Part shown: positions 28,878 through 42,969 of the stretch, piece after piece
How the letters are laid out: the number at the start of each line of letters is the position of its first letter
Position numbering within the stretch: the stretch's first letter is position 1
Source of the DNA: Octopus vulgaris
Taxonomy: Eukaryota
Assembly (NCBI GenBank): GCA_951406725.2
Contig: OX597832.1
Location: 19,096,001 to 19,160,000 of the forward strand
Direction of reading: 5' to 3'
Length of the DNA stretch: 64,000 nt
Notes under the pieces: model-generated
Seen by the model: only the letters and a program-made list of their open reading frames with translations
What the model was told of the DNA's origin: nothing
Databases searched by the model: none
Made by a program: the position numbers and the translations under genes

Positions 28878-28978
28878 GTATTTTCAGCATGGTGGTATCT
28901 CATAGATACCCTAATTTATAATTTTAATAATTACTACCTTGAAAGGTAATATCGTTATTTTATTTTTAAATAACGATC

Positions 28979-29020
<42 letters not shown>

Positions 29021-29021
<1 letters not shown>

Positions 29022-29449
29022 TTACTCTTTTAATCTATTAATTCTTTTAGTCATTTGACTGCGGCCATGCTGGAGCACCGCCTTTGGTCGAGCAAATCGC
29101 CGCCAAGACTTATTCTTTGGTAGCCTACTACTTATTCTATCGGTGTCTTTTTCCGAACCGCTAAGTTACGGGGACATAAACATACCACCGTCGGTTGTCA
29201 AGTGATATTAGGGGGAATCAACACAGACACACAAACATATACACGCGCATATACATACATATATATATACATATATACATATATACGACGAGCTTCTTTA
29301 AGTTTCCGTCTACCAGATCCACTCACAATGATTTGGTCGGCCCGAGGCTATAGTAGAAGACATTTGCCCAAGGTGCCACGCAGTGGGACTGAACCCGGAA
29401 CCATATGGTCGGTAAGCATGCTACTTACCACACAATCACTCCTACGCCC
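29021..29449 (-). mobile_element. SINE A full length
   Basis: Reverse complement gggcgtaggagtgattgtgtggtaag...gggttcagtccc...ccttgggcaa...; tail ends at tttactcttt. Confidence 0.9.
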
Positions 29450-29458
29450 GATATATAC

Positions 29459-29494
<36 letters not shown>

Positions 29495-29544
29495 ATGTGT
29501 GTGTGTGTGTGTGTATGTGTGTGTGTGTGTGTGTGTATGTATTT

Positions 29545-29742
29545 GTGTGTTGCTGTCGGTGTTCGTTTCGCCATCATCGCTTGACAACTGATGTCAGTGT
29601 ACCTACGGCAAAAGATGCCGATTGTATAAGTACTTATCTTACATAGAAGAATTCTTGGGGTCGATTTGTTCGACTAAATCACCTTAAGGTGCTGCTCCAG
29701 CATAGCCGCAGTCAAATGGCCGAAATAAGTAAAAGAATAAAC
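29545..29742 (+). mobile_element. SINE A 3' half
   Basis: catcgcttgacaactgatg...gctccagcatagccgcagtcaaatgg. Confidence 0.75.
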
Positions 29743-29957
29743 GAAGAAAATAATATACATACATGCTTATATATATATATGTGTGTGTGTGTGTGCATGT
29801 GTGCGTGTGTGCTTGTGCTAGTATATCAGTGTGTGCGTTTATATAAATTTGTTCGTTTATATCTGTATGTTTATGTACGTTTGTATATTATTCATTGTTC
29901 GTATGTAGATGCGTCATTATGTATGAGTATGTGCGCGTCTGTGTGTGTGAGAGTGTG

Positions 29958-29991
<34 letters not shown>

Positions 29992-30183
29992 AGTGGATTA
30001 GGAAGTGGCTAGGGTGATTGGCTTGTCTAGCACGTGACATGCAGCTGGCATAACAACATGGCGATTTTATTTTTCTCTTTCCTTTTTTTTTACTCTTCTT
30101 TTTCTTGCCAGAGGCAGACACCCGGCGTGACTCTTCCCTTCCAGATAATAGCTTCACCATATTTGGCTTGTATGAAATACAGT

Positions 30184-30458
<275 letters not shown>

Positions 30459-30689
30459 TTCCATTGTTCTTTTTTGCTCTTCGTTTTATTATATTTTTTT
30501 TTCATTGTTTTGTGTTTTAGTTTTTGTTTTTTTATGTTCTAGTTTTAGATTAATTGTTTTGTTATGAGTTGTTGCTTTTGCTGTTGTTGTTTATTGTTAG
30601 TTGTTTTTTTTTTCTTGTTGATTTAACTTTTTATCAAAAAGGAATTTAAAAATATATGTGCGGGATAAAGAAAATGCATTATGTAGGGA

Positions 30690-31480
30690 TAGGAAGAAAA
30701 ATTAAGGAAAATGAAGGAAAAATTAAAGTGAAATGTTAAGAAGGAAAGAGTGAAAAAGTATTGCACGATGAAAGAGTTATTACATGAGAGCAAAGAAAGG
30801 ATAGGGAAATGGATGAAAGAGAGAAAATTTCGGAAAATTAGAAGTGTATAAAAAGGACGAAAGAAGAAAGGAAAGAAAAATGAAAGAAACAAGCAAATGC
30901 TAGAAGGAAGGAAAGAAAGAATGAGAAGTGGAAGAATGAGTGGAAGATAGCGAGGGAGGAAATAATGGGAAAGGAAAAGTGATGAAATGAAGGAAGGAGG
31001 GACGAAGGAAGGATAGAAAGAAAACAGAATGTATAGGAAAAAGGGGTTGGAAGAAATTATAAAAATGAAAGCAATCTAGAAAGGGCAAAAGAGAGACAGA
31101 AAGAAATAAAGAATGAGTGAATGAAAGACAAAAAGAGAGAAAGAAAGAGAGTTAGAAGGAAAGAAAGGAAGGAAGTGTAAAAGCAGAAAATTAAAAAATA
31201 AAAGGGGAAGAGAAACGATAAAAGTGAAAGAAAGCAAGAAACGAAGAAAGAAAGAAAAAAAGAAAGAAAGAACGAATAAATGAAAAAGACAAAAGGGAGA
31301 AAGAAAGAGACGGAGAAGAAAAGAAAGGAAGAAAGTGTAAAAGCAGAAAATGTAAAAATAAAGGGGAAGAGAAACGATAAAAGTGAAAGAATGTAAGAAA
31401 TGAAGAAAGAAAGAAAGAAATAAAGAAAGAAAGAAAGAACGAATGAAAAAAGAAAGAAAGAAAAGGTAAAACGACAAAAG
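30690..31480 (+). repeat. Polypurine low-complexity tract with a 160-bp tandem duplication (~31120-31445)
   Basis: gtgtaaaagcagaaaa at 31175 and 31335; ggggaagagaaacgataaaagtgaaagaa occurs twice. Confidence 0.8.
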
Positions 31481-31930
31481 AATAAATTTCATGAAAACAT
31501 TCTTATATAAAAGAAAATAATAATTGTTTCGGAAAATACAGAAAATACAGAAAAAAACAATCGATGTTTGTAATTCCTTTGGATCAATAGTTGCCAATGT
31601 GTTACTGGATTGGATTTTTGTGATTTTTGTTCTTGAGTCGCTGCCGTTTTTATAATGCTAGAGGTGAACTTTTTATATATTTATCTATTTATTTTTTATT
31701 GTAAATTTCAACAAATGCGTCATTGGTTACAGGTTTTCATTGGTGCACTGCCTTTAAACTTGCGAGAATGAAGAACCAAACAAAAAAAAAATAAAGTAAT
31801 AAAATAAAGCATTACCATATTCTAAGGAGCTCCAAATGAGGAATCGGAGACAAACAGAAGAGTAATTTCTTGCAAATTACTGCCTTACAGGTTTTCATGT
31901 CGATGCGTTCATATGTACATCATACATACA

Positions 31931-32035
31931 TACGAAGGAGAACTGAAAATTTCCTGGCTTTATGGGTATCGCGAAAAGCTTGGATGGAGGACCGACATTC
32001 CGAGTTCTTTTACAGGACTTTGAAACATTGAAAAA
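31931..32035 (+). mobile_element. Mariner-derived MITE, left part
   Basis: Starts TA-cgaaggagaactgaaaatttcctggcttt; homologous to the copies at 2975 and 41990. Confidence 0.6.
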
Positions 32036-32720
32036 TTCTGAAGAATCCATGTGCTACATCGGATGTGCTATAAAGATGACGAATAGTATTCTCATAATTT
32101 TCTTTGGCGACACCGACTGACATTGGCAGCAGAAACGGCTGTAAGCAATGTTCAAGTTTTGTATTAAAAGATATTTAACTGATGGTAGTCAATTTATTTG
32201 CTGTTGAAAAACTTTTCTCCATTTTCTGCTCATTTTAAATTTGATTCCTGATAAATTCGTGTTTATTCTGTTATTTCATGTATCCTATGTGCTTAGTATG
32301 CTTGCATATCCATGCCCAGGGTTAACATAGGTAATTTATACCGGTAGTAAAAACTGATATTCTTAACTCTTAGATGGTTATTCTAACTGCTAACTCTACT
32401 TACCTATATATCTGTGTGCGCGTATGTGTGCGTGTGTGTGTATGCGTGCGTGCGTGTGTGTGTGTAGAAGCACAATAAAAGGCCACAAACCTCATTCAGA
32501 GACAGCAAAGTCGTATAAAAGTACTGGTTAATTACCTATACAAAGAGTATTGAACATAATGTTTAATACTTCATTGCATACCGAAATTTAGAAATAGCAG
32601 TTAAGATATTATTCTACTACCATAAGTCATCTCCCAGACAACAATACTCTACAACTTGTAGGGTTCAGCAAATTTTGCTGAACCCTAATTATAATTATGT
32701 TCATAATTATAAAATTTATA

Positions 32721-33459
32721 GCGGGTTCTTGGTCGGCCCCTTCCTCTCTTGCCACTGACCATTCCGAGCATGATGTCCTTCTCCAGGGATTTTCTCCTCA
32801 TAATATGACCGAAATATAGCAATCTATGCTTGGTGATCCTAGCTTATAGCGACATTTTCGGCCTGATCTGCTTAAGAACTTCTCCATTGGTGAGTCTCGC
32901 TGTCCTTGGAATCCGTAAAAGTCTTCTCCAACATCGAAGCTCCAATGCATTAATTCCCTTCTGGTTAGCTTTCTTTAGTGTCCAGGTCTCGCATCCATAT
33001 GTTGCTATTGGGAAGACAATTGCATTCACCAATCTGCATTTGGTAGCGAGTCTGATGTCTCTACTCTTCCAGACCTTGCTCATACTGACCATTGCCTCTA
33101 TGCCTAGTACTATCCGCCGCCTTATTTCTGGAGTGCAGTTACCATCTCGATTTATTTTGTAGCCAAGGAAGATGAAATCATCAACCACTTCGATCTCTTC
33201 ATTATTGATCTTGATGCTGATGTTTGTTGTGGCTACTGTTGACATGATCTTCGTTTTCTTAACATTGAGGCACAGCCCAAATCTCTCACTCTCTTTCTTG
33301 ACCAGCAGGACAAGATCCTCCAGATCCTTACCATTCTCCGCCAGCAGGGTTGTATCATCTGCATAGCGAAGGTTATTAATATTTCTTCCGCCAATCCTCA
33401 CTCCAATACTGCTATCCTCCAGGCCTGCATTTCTCATGACCTTTTCAGCGTACATGTTG
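32721..33459 (-). mobile_element. RTE-clade (BovB-like) LINE fragment, C-terminal half of RT, truncated at both ends
   Basis: ORF 33455-32844 reads GVRIGGRNINNLRYADDTTLLA...GLCLNVKKTKIM...VFPIATYGCETWT. Past a single TAA it continues in frame as ARITKHRLLYFGHIMRRKSLEKDIMLGMVSGKRGRGRPRTR. Confidence 0.95.
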
Positions 33460-33561
<102 letters not shown>

Positions 33562-34791
33562 TGTATTTTCTAGACTTAAGAAGTTTCAATAACTTTTTAT
33601 TGTAGTTTCCTATCGTTATGATTTCGTCATCGCACTTCATGTTGATGCTGAAGCTTGTGATTGTGGTCGTTGCATTGAAGGTTTCGGTAGTGATGGCGGT
33701 CATAATGGCGGTTTTTGGTGATGATGGCGACGGTGGAAATGGCGGTGTTGCTGCACTCTCTAGTTGTTAGCTCTTCGTGATATCGTTCTCTTAGTTATTG
33801 TTGTTCCTGCAGTTATGCTTCTTGTTCTTTTACTTAATAATCTTGTTCTTGTTGCTGTTGTTTCCTTCGCTATTGTTATTCTTGTAGGTTTCAGCTTCCC
33901 CCCACCCCACTTTCAGTTGAAGAGATTACATTACATAAACTTCGCTCATTCTTTTAGCTTTTTTCTTTTATTTAAAAATAAAAGCAAAAAAAAAATAAAT
34001 AAATAAATATATAGATAAATATATATAAATAAATAAAGATATCTATCATAGTTGCCAAAAGCGTGTGTTGTGATAGTTCTTGCGTGTTTGGAGGTACTTA
34101 AAGATTATGAATTCTTCAGGACATATATTTCTGTTAATAATAGAATAAGAAATCAACAAAAAAACCTTATGAATAATGATTTTCTTTGAGCTGGCTTCTA
34201 GCCATTTTTATACGGAAAAGGGTTGTAGTGAATTGAATCAACCAAGTCTACTCAAGTATCGGCAAAATGTAAATGTAGATGTTCTTCAGAAGCCACATGG
34301 GTTCCATAAAACGAAAGCGAAAATCCTTAGTTGAGTAAAGTGAGGTGATGTTGATAACTCTATGAAGAATATACTAATATTTGCAGAACGGCCACAACGG
34401 TGGATATTCTTGAAATCCGATGGAGATATCAAGACGTGAGGCCGCGTCCGTTCACCGTTTCTCCAATTTCTTAGTAATGATTCAAAGGAGTTAGGAAAAC
34501 TGCCCATAAGCTATACAACAATATGTTGACGTGGGTTGTTCATGCAAATAACGCCAATCCTAAATAAATATCGAAAGATTGATGAATTTAAGACGATTTA
34601 ATCACAAAATTCTTCATCGAGCTTGATTCCTACCAATAAAATAATATTCTTTACAGAAAGTCTTCAAGGACCGAGTTCTGATCGAATAATATGTGTACGT
34701 GTGTATGTATATACGAATGTATGATGTATGTATTATGTATGTGTATTTATATATATGTATTATGCATATACATAATATATGTATTATGCAT

Positions 34792-35200
34792 TAGGCGCAT
34801 GAGTGGCTGTGTGTAGCTTGCTTACCAACCACATGGTTCCGGGTTCAGTCCCATTGCGTGGCATCTTGGGCAAGTGTCTTCAGCTATAGCCCCCAGCTGA
34901 CTAATGCCTTGTGAGTGGATTTGGTAGACGGAAACTGAAAGAAGCTCGTCGTATATATATGTACGTATATATATGTATGTGTGTTTATATGTTTGTGTGT
35001 CTGTGTTTGTCCCCCTAGCATTCTTGACAACCGATGCTGGTGTGTTTATGTCCCCGTCACTTAGTGGTTCGGCAAAAGAGACCGATAGACTGGGCTTACA
35101 AAAAATAAGTCCCGGCGTCGATTTGCTCGATTAAAGGCGGTGCTCCAGCATGGCTGCAGTCCAATGACTGAAACAAGTAAAAGAGTAAAGAGTAAAGAGT
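34792..35200 (+). mobile_element. SINE A full length
   Basis: taggcgcatgagtggctgtgtg...gggttcagtccc...tgactgaaacaagtaaaagagtaaagag. Confidence 0.9.
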
Positions 35201-35630
35201 ACATATACACTCGGCGCTATTTAAATACACCATACTTGTTCGAAATACATTGGTGAAAATTGTGACCAATGCCTTGTGAGTGGATTTGGTAGACGGAAAC
35301 TGAAAGAAGCTCGTCGTATATATATGTACGTATATATATGTATGTGTGTTTATATGTTTGTGTGTCTGTGTTTGTCCCCCTAGCATTCTTGACAACCGAT
35401 GCTGGTGTGTTTATGTCCCCGTCACTTAGTGGTTCGGCAAAAGAGACCGATAGACTGGGCTTACAAAAAATAAGTCCCGGCGTCGATTTGCTCGATTAAA
35501 GGCGGTGCTCCAGCATGGCTGCAGTCCAATGACTGAAACAAGTAAAAGAGTAAAGAGTAAAGAGTACATATACACTCGGCGCTATTTAAATACACCATAC
35601 TTGTTCGAAATACATTGGTGAAAATTGTGA
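34901..35630 (+). repeat. Near-perfect 365-bp tandem duplication (34901-35265 / 35266-35630)
   Basis: Includes the SINE A 3' part plus ~65 bp of unique flank. tga microhomology at the junction; the ORF stops at 35096 and 35461 are 365 apart. Confidence 0.95.
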
Positions 35631-35849
35631 GTAAAAATATAGTATTAACAATAAGCCTAAGCGAAACCATTCGAATAAATTAATTCTTTTTTCCATATAT
35701 ATATATATATAACTGGTGAACGTAAAAAGAGCTTGATCTTCTAACAAAAATACTGTTCTGAAATTTGCCTAGCAGTTATTAATTATATGCCCGTCCTGTG
35801 CTTTCCAAGATTCTCCTGTTCCTTCTGTGTTGCGCTGTATGCACAAAAT

Positions 35850-36290
35850 CAGTTCGTCTTAGTTTTCATTCCTTGATTTGAATATCAATCCACAAACATG
35901 TATGACGGACTCTACTTCTTATATCTTCCACACTTTCCTTCAGGATGGTCTTGGATAGTCTGCAGTGACTCGTTGCGCTTGGGTGACCAAAATATTATAC
36001 CTTTGTGAATGTTATTCTTAACATTGCATTACTTTGAAATTTTAGCTTCTTTTTCATACTGTTGCGTTTGTTACATACTTTCCAACATTTTCTATTCTAT
36101 CAGTAAATGACCCTTATTTTCAGACATATCTATCTTTTTCTTCTTGCATTGAGCAATATCCAACTTCCTACCGCGTACAGTACAATTGGCATAAAATAAC
36201 AGTTTGATAGCCTCAATTTTAGGTACAAGGTTATGTCATTTGCAATAACGATATTTTCTGTTGCTAGGGCAGTGACATTTATCAAAAACA
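35850..36290 (-). mobile_element. Ancient degenerate RTE LINE 3' region
   Basis: Reverse complement translates, with frameshifts and stops, as NDITLYLKLRL / FMPIVLYAVGSWIL and FGH...LSKTILKESVEDIRSRVR...WID. These blocks are colinear with the RTE at 32721. Confidence 0.7.
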
Positions 36291-36459
36291 AGGCTACATA
36301 ATTCACAATATAATTAGTTGATCAAACGTTCCAGAGATTTAGTACATAGATTTAATGCCAAACATAGTTGTAAAAGTTTTATGCTGAATTAATGACTTTG
36401 AAAAGATCGGCGTAAAATCTGTCCACATAAAAAGAATATATATATATAAGTGTATATAT

Positions 36460-36531
<72 letters not shown>

Positions 36532-36556
36532 ATATATGTATGTATATATATATATG

Positions 36557-36615
<59 letters not shown>

Positions 36616-36626
36616 ATATATGTATG

Positions 36627-36700
<74 letters not shown>

Positions 36701-36875
36701 AATGGTTACCTTCAACAGCACAAACCAATACACAGAGACTTGTTCACAAATACTCAAACATGTAAACCCCACCACATAAAGATAGGTAGATTGATGGATA
36801 GATAATATACGTTTATGTCTATATATATATACATATCCGTACACACTCAGGCACATATAAAAATACAAATATATG

Positions 36876-36915
<40 letters not shown>

Positions 36916-36985
36916 ATATATGTAAAGATATGTGCGCGGGTGTGTGTATATATATATATACATACATATATTTACGCATACATAC

Positions 36986-37069
<84 letters not shown>

Positions 37070-37142
37070 ATGTAACCACATGTGGATCGTTTGTCATTTT
37101 TTCCTCCGTCTTCCTTTCCCCTTGGACTTTCGTCTGTCTCCT

Positions 37143-37177
37143 GTTTTTGAAGAAGAGCTTTGCTCGAAACTTAAAAC
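37143..37177 (+). ncRNA. Degenerate minimal hammerhead motif
   Basis: gttt-tTGAAGA-a-gagc-ttt-gctc-GAAAC-tTA-aaac. Helices I and II intact; C3 and G16.2 substituted. Confidence 0.5.
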
Positions 37178-37312
37178 TACCTTTCTTTCTTTCTTTCCCT
37201 GAGCCCCTGCTAATACTTTGCATGTACTCCATGCTCGCGTTTCTTTCTTGCGTTTTTCTTCCTTTGGAGGTGGGCTGGAGATTAACTACATACATATAAG
37301 CACACAAGCACG

Positions 37313-37355
<43 letters not shown>

Positions 37356-37464
37356 TACTGGTTCGTTAATGAAAGATAAGCAAAAATGTACTCCAGCCGT
37401 TAATCCATAAACATTATATACGGTATAAAGTTTACAATGCTATAAACAGTATAAAGGTACGAAA

Positions 37465-37762
37465 TAATAATAGATTCTTACTTTCGAAACACGAGTCTTG
37501 GCAAGTTTTTATTACACGCCTTGTGCATTCTATCAATGTTCTGGCTTTTAGCTCATGGTCTATGGTGTTTGCAAATCAGAAAGCTCTTACAAGAAAAATC
37601 ACGAGAAAAGAAATACAAAAGGGACCTTCATATGGTTTTTATTGTGATTTTTCTCGTAGTAAAATAATCTATCACGTGCTCAGAGCCACACAATTGATTG
37701 GAGTCAGAAATCTCTTATAAAAATCTGTCTAGACTCGTGTCTCCAAAGGAAAAAAATTATTA
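37465..37762. mobile_element. ~300-bp fold-back MITE-like element
   Basis: ctttcgaaacacgagtcttggcaagtttttat versus reverse complement ctttggagacacgagtctagacagatttttat. Inner matches include tacaagaaaaatcac / gtgatttttctcgta. Confidence 0.75.
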
Positions 37763-38845
37763 GTAGCTAGTATCTTTTTACTGCATACATTATATGATAT
37801 ATACAGTATATATAGTTCGTATATACGTTTGGCTACGCGGGAAACAACATTCTTCATTGGTATAATAAAACATTGAAAGTCAGTGGGTTAAAAGAGAGAA
37901 TATAAGAGTACATGGCTGCTGTAAGAATTATAAAGAAAACATACAATGAAATATTATTTATGATATAAACGCCACATTTCTTCCCGGGAATTTTCTAAGT
38001 CTTGGGAATAAGCATTTCCACATAGTCGATAATAGTTGGGAAATCCACATAAGAAACAACGCAAACATTAGTTGCGGTGTTATAAAGTTTTAGTTATGTT
38101 ATAGACATCGCTTCTTATACATTTAGTTGCAAGACTTTCTTCATCATAAGTTTATCCAAGTAAGGTTTCTGTGGCAATAATCAGCAATGCCAACATTTCT
38201 ATAAGAGTTTAATCAAGGTGCCTTTACAAAATGTACCAACAAAACTTGTATGTATTCAGACACCGAGGAAGAATTTTTCACAACTTTCAAATCACATATT
38301 TCCAGGGTTTATAGAATAATTAAAGAAACTATCATAAAATTCCATTACTGTTTTATACTTCACGTGTTCACCCTTTTAGATCAAATAAAACATTATTACA
38401 GCTAATTGGAATGCTGAAGAAAAGTTTCTAGCGACTTATTTTCTACGTTGATTTTCCGAAGGGCAGACACCAAATTCAAAATAATATGGTTTATCATTAA
38501 GTTAAAACTTCATGTATTAACTTAATGAAACATGCATTCTTCTAAATGTAGATGAATATAACGTGTATTTTATGTGAATATAACGTGCATTTACGTTTCA
38601 AACACAATAGAATAATGTGCATTACATTGTGGTACGATGGTTAGGGAACAATGAAATCTCTATAATTCGTAATATTTATGTATGTTTTCATGTATATTGT
38701 CAGGCTGCTTCTCTTGCACAATTTTCTGATTTATTGGCTCGTGAAACTAATAGTTTTAAAGATTCGATTTCTAAAAATGTATATTGGACATATGCATAAA
38801 TAAGTATGTATACAACACACATACGCTTATACATATATCACACTT

Positions 38846-38876
<31 letters not shown>

Positions 38877-39210
38877 CCTATATATACATATATACGTATA
38901 TATACATATATATATACGTATATATATACATATATACATGTAAGCATACATGCACGTATATATATATGCATGTGTATAGATAGATATATACATACACACA
39001 CAGATATATGTATATATATATATATATATACGTATATATATATATCTATATTTGTACATATAATATGCACACTTATATAGGTATAGAAAACATGCATATA
39101 TATATATATGTATGCATATGTATATATATACATATATGCATTTATATAATAGATATATATGTATATAACGTATATATATATATATGCATGTATTTATGTA
39201 TGTATGTGCA

Positions 39211-39255
<45 letters not shown>

Positions 39256-39775
39256 GTCCGTGTGAGTGTCGTTGGGTGTATAAAATGTATGGTATATACT
39301 TCTATATACTTACATCTATATAAGTTTTTCTGTTGTTTCTATTTTATGAAAAAAACAAAAACAAAAAAATAATAATAACAAAAACATGAAAACCATGATA
39401 TAATTTCAGAATATTAGGTAGCCTGCAGGTCAAACTATCCTGTATAGACATTAAAATAAAACCACTTGATCTGGGAATGAGTGATAATTAAATTAGGTAG
39501 ACTGAACCTAAAGCTGTTTGCGAATCAATAGGAAACTAATTGGAAAATTTAACCAATCGTCAAAATGTTTAACTTGCTGTAAGGGAGAAGTAGTGGTAAA
39601 GTCATGTGATAGGAACAGCTTCGTTGATTGTATTCTAAATTTGAAGTTAGACAACAGTAATTGGCAAATATATGAAGGTGTCTTACGTATATCAGAATAC
39701 ACACACTCATATATATATATATATATATATATTCCACGATGCAAATGCTGCACTCCTGTGATAATTTGACGACAG

Positions 39776-40095
<320 letters not shown>

Positions 40096-40639
40096 TGAGA
40101 ATTTTTGAATTTCTGTGTGTGTGTGTGTGTGTATATACATTTTAGGCGTGTGTAGTTGTGGTTATGAGTCTATATATCTATGGTTTTATTTGTGTCGTCC
40201 GAAGTTTAATTCTAAATATATTACAAAATTTCCAATTCTAACAATTAATAACATTCACACAGTTAAACGAATGACCTTCTGAATCATGCAATGTCGACTA
40301 CTTCGTGCTAAGGTCTCAAGAATCTAATGCTCAAGTTATTTGGAACAAAACATCACAATATAGAGCTTAAGATATACAAGGAACGACAAAGAAGCCATAA
40401 CACACGCATACACAGAACTCTAGAGAATTGAGTGCGATATGTAAGTCTCTGTGTGTGTTTTTGTGTGTGTGTGTGCGTGTGTTTGTATGATTGCGTTTGT
40501 AAGTATGTGTCTTCTGTGTGTGTGTGTTTGTGTGAGTACTATTTTTGGTGATTTCAGTCATTTGATATTTACCGTGGTGTGACACACACCGTCTTCAGGG
40601 ATTTTGTAACTTTTATCAGTTCTCGTAATTTGGCTTGTA

Positions 40640-41105
<466 letters not shown>

Positions 41106-41585
41106 ATTTGCTAATTAATCTAATAGTTTCTAGCTCTCGAATGCAAATTCCGAATAAGGGATGTATTTGTGCAGTCAGTATATGGATCACAATGCATTAT
41201 TTTCGATGCACCGATTTGAAAGTATTGTTGATTCTTTGGTTATTTAAAAACAGAGTCTCACTTTCTTCTTGAAATCAAATGCAATTTCTGCTATTTTTTA
41301 AAGTCTGTCTACACTCAGAAAGGAAATATAATATATCATGGTACTTCATTATATCGTGTTTCCTAAATTCCTTGTTTATTCATGACACAGTCCATTCTGA
41401 GTTATGCGCCTTTATACTTATTTGATTTATACTCACTCACACACACGTTTGCATACATACAAACACGCATTGACAAGCACCCGCACGTATGCATACGTAT
41501 AACGAAGATCTATATTATGTACAGGCGTACGACCATGTGTAAGTGTATGTGTGTGAGTGTGCATGTCAGAAGGCGTTTGAGAGAA

Positions 41586-41631
<46 letters not shown>

Positions 41632-41656
41632 AATGTGTGTGTGCGTGTATGTTCCG

Positions 41657-41850
41657 GTGCGAGCTGGCAGAATCGTGAGCACATCGGGAAAAAGGCATAG
41701 CGGTATTTCATCTGTCTTTACGTTCTGAGTTTTGCTGTTGACTCAGTGTTTTAAACTTTTCGAGATCGACAAATGCATAAATATTATGTACTGGGGCCGA
41801 TGTAATCGACCTTGTTGACCGTGTCCCATAATTGGAAACCATAATATATA
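41657..41850 (+). mobile_element. SINE C degenerate
   Basis: gcgagctggcagaatcgtgagcac...tacgttctgagtt. Confidence 0.7.
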
Positions 41851-41989
41851 AATACACACATACACACACATTTAAATGAGTATGTATAGATATGCATACA
41901 CATATATCTGACACTCTGTATATGTGTGTGTTTATGCGTGCGTGTGTGCGTATGCGTCGATGTGTGTGGGTGTATGTATGTATGTCTTC

Positions 41990-42197
41990 AAAGAAACTTT
42001 CTGGCTTTAAGGATTTCGCGAAAGTTCTAGATGGAGGCGCAACCTTTCGAGTTCTTTTTCAGATTTAAAAAAAAAAATGACAGAATGCTGCAATAAGTGT
42101 GTGAATCTGATAGGTGTGTATGTTGAATAAAATTAATTAGCGGACCCTCATGTAGTTTCTTTACTCAAAGTCAGAACATTTTTAGCACGCTCTCGTT
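41990..42197 (+). mobile_element. Mariner-derived MITE
   Basis: tgctgcaataagtgtgtgaatctgataggtgtgtatgttgaataa reads CCNKCVNLIGVYVE*, similar to a mariner C-terminus. Right TIR-like end ttttagcacgctctcgt. Confidence 0.65.
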
Positions 42198-42471
42198 CAT
42201 ATATATATATATATAATTAATGTAGGATAAAAAAATTTTTTCGGGAAAAAATTTTTATCAATGGCCAGCATATCAAAAAACGCCCCTAACGGTTAAATTT
42301 ATAAATAATTTACAAGATAAGGGCAAAAGAAAAATTCTAATGCCAAATATGCCGAAAAAAAAGACAAAACTTTTCAATAACCATTATAGTTTTTGCGTCT
42401 CGAGAATTTTTTTTTTGCCCTTATCTTATATATATATATATGATTTTTCATAATATTTTTTTCGATGGCTC

Positions 42472-42532
42472 GATAACTGAAGAGATGCCAGCGTGGGTTT
42501 CAGCATCAATTTCCGAAACTCGGAGTTTTATC
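42472..42532 (+). ncRNA. Minimal type-I hammerhead ribozyme motif
   Basis: gataa-CTGAAGA(42477-42483)-gatgc..gcatc-aatttcc-GAAAC-tcgga-GTT-ttatc. Helix I gataa/ttatc pairs fully; helix II is irregular. Confidence 0.6.
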
Positions 42533-42969
42533 ATGGCTACCGAATAATTGTCACATATTATATTTACAGATAAATTTCTCTATTTACATAATATCGAGAT
42601 CTATTTCATTCTTTTGTTGCTTTGCCATTTCTATCAATATATATATATATATTTACATGTTTGTATGTGTTTGTGTGTATGTAGCTGTGTGTCCACGTGT
42701 GAGAATGCGTATATGTGGACGTCTTTATGCGTATGCAATTTTAAGTGTGTGTACATATATTGATACATATATAATATTTCACTCACTCGTGCTGACATAC
42801 ACGCGTGCGCGCGCGAAAAATCTGACACTGACACGCGCCCGTACAAACGGATAAGCGCTCACACAGAGACATATATAGGTATATATTATCCGAACGCTTA
42901 ATTTCATTCATAAATTTCCATATAAAAGATAGTGACCCATGCAAACGACAAACAGTATGTCTCTATGCA

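Noticed and set aside
34286-34507. Complex-sequence ORF (73 aa, minus strand)
   Set aside because: No recognisable domain in the frames I translated.
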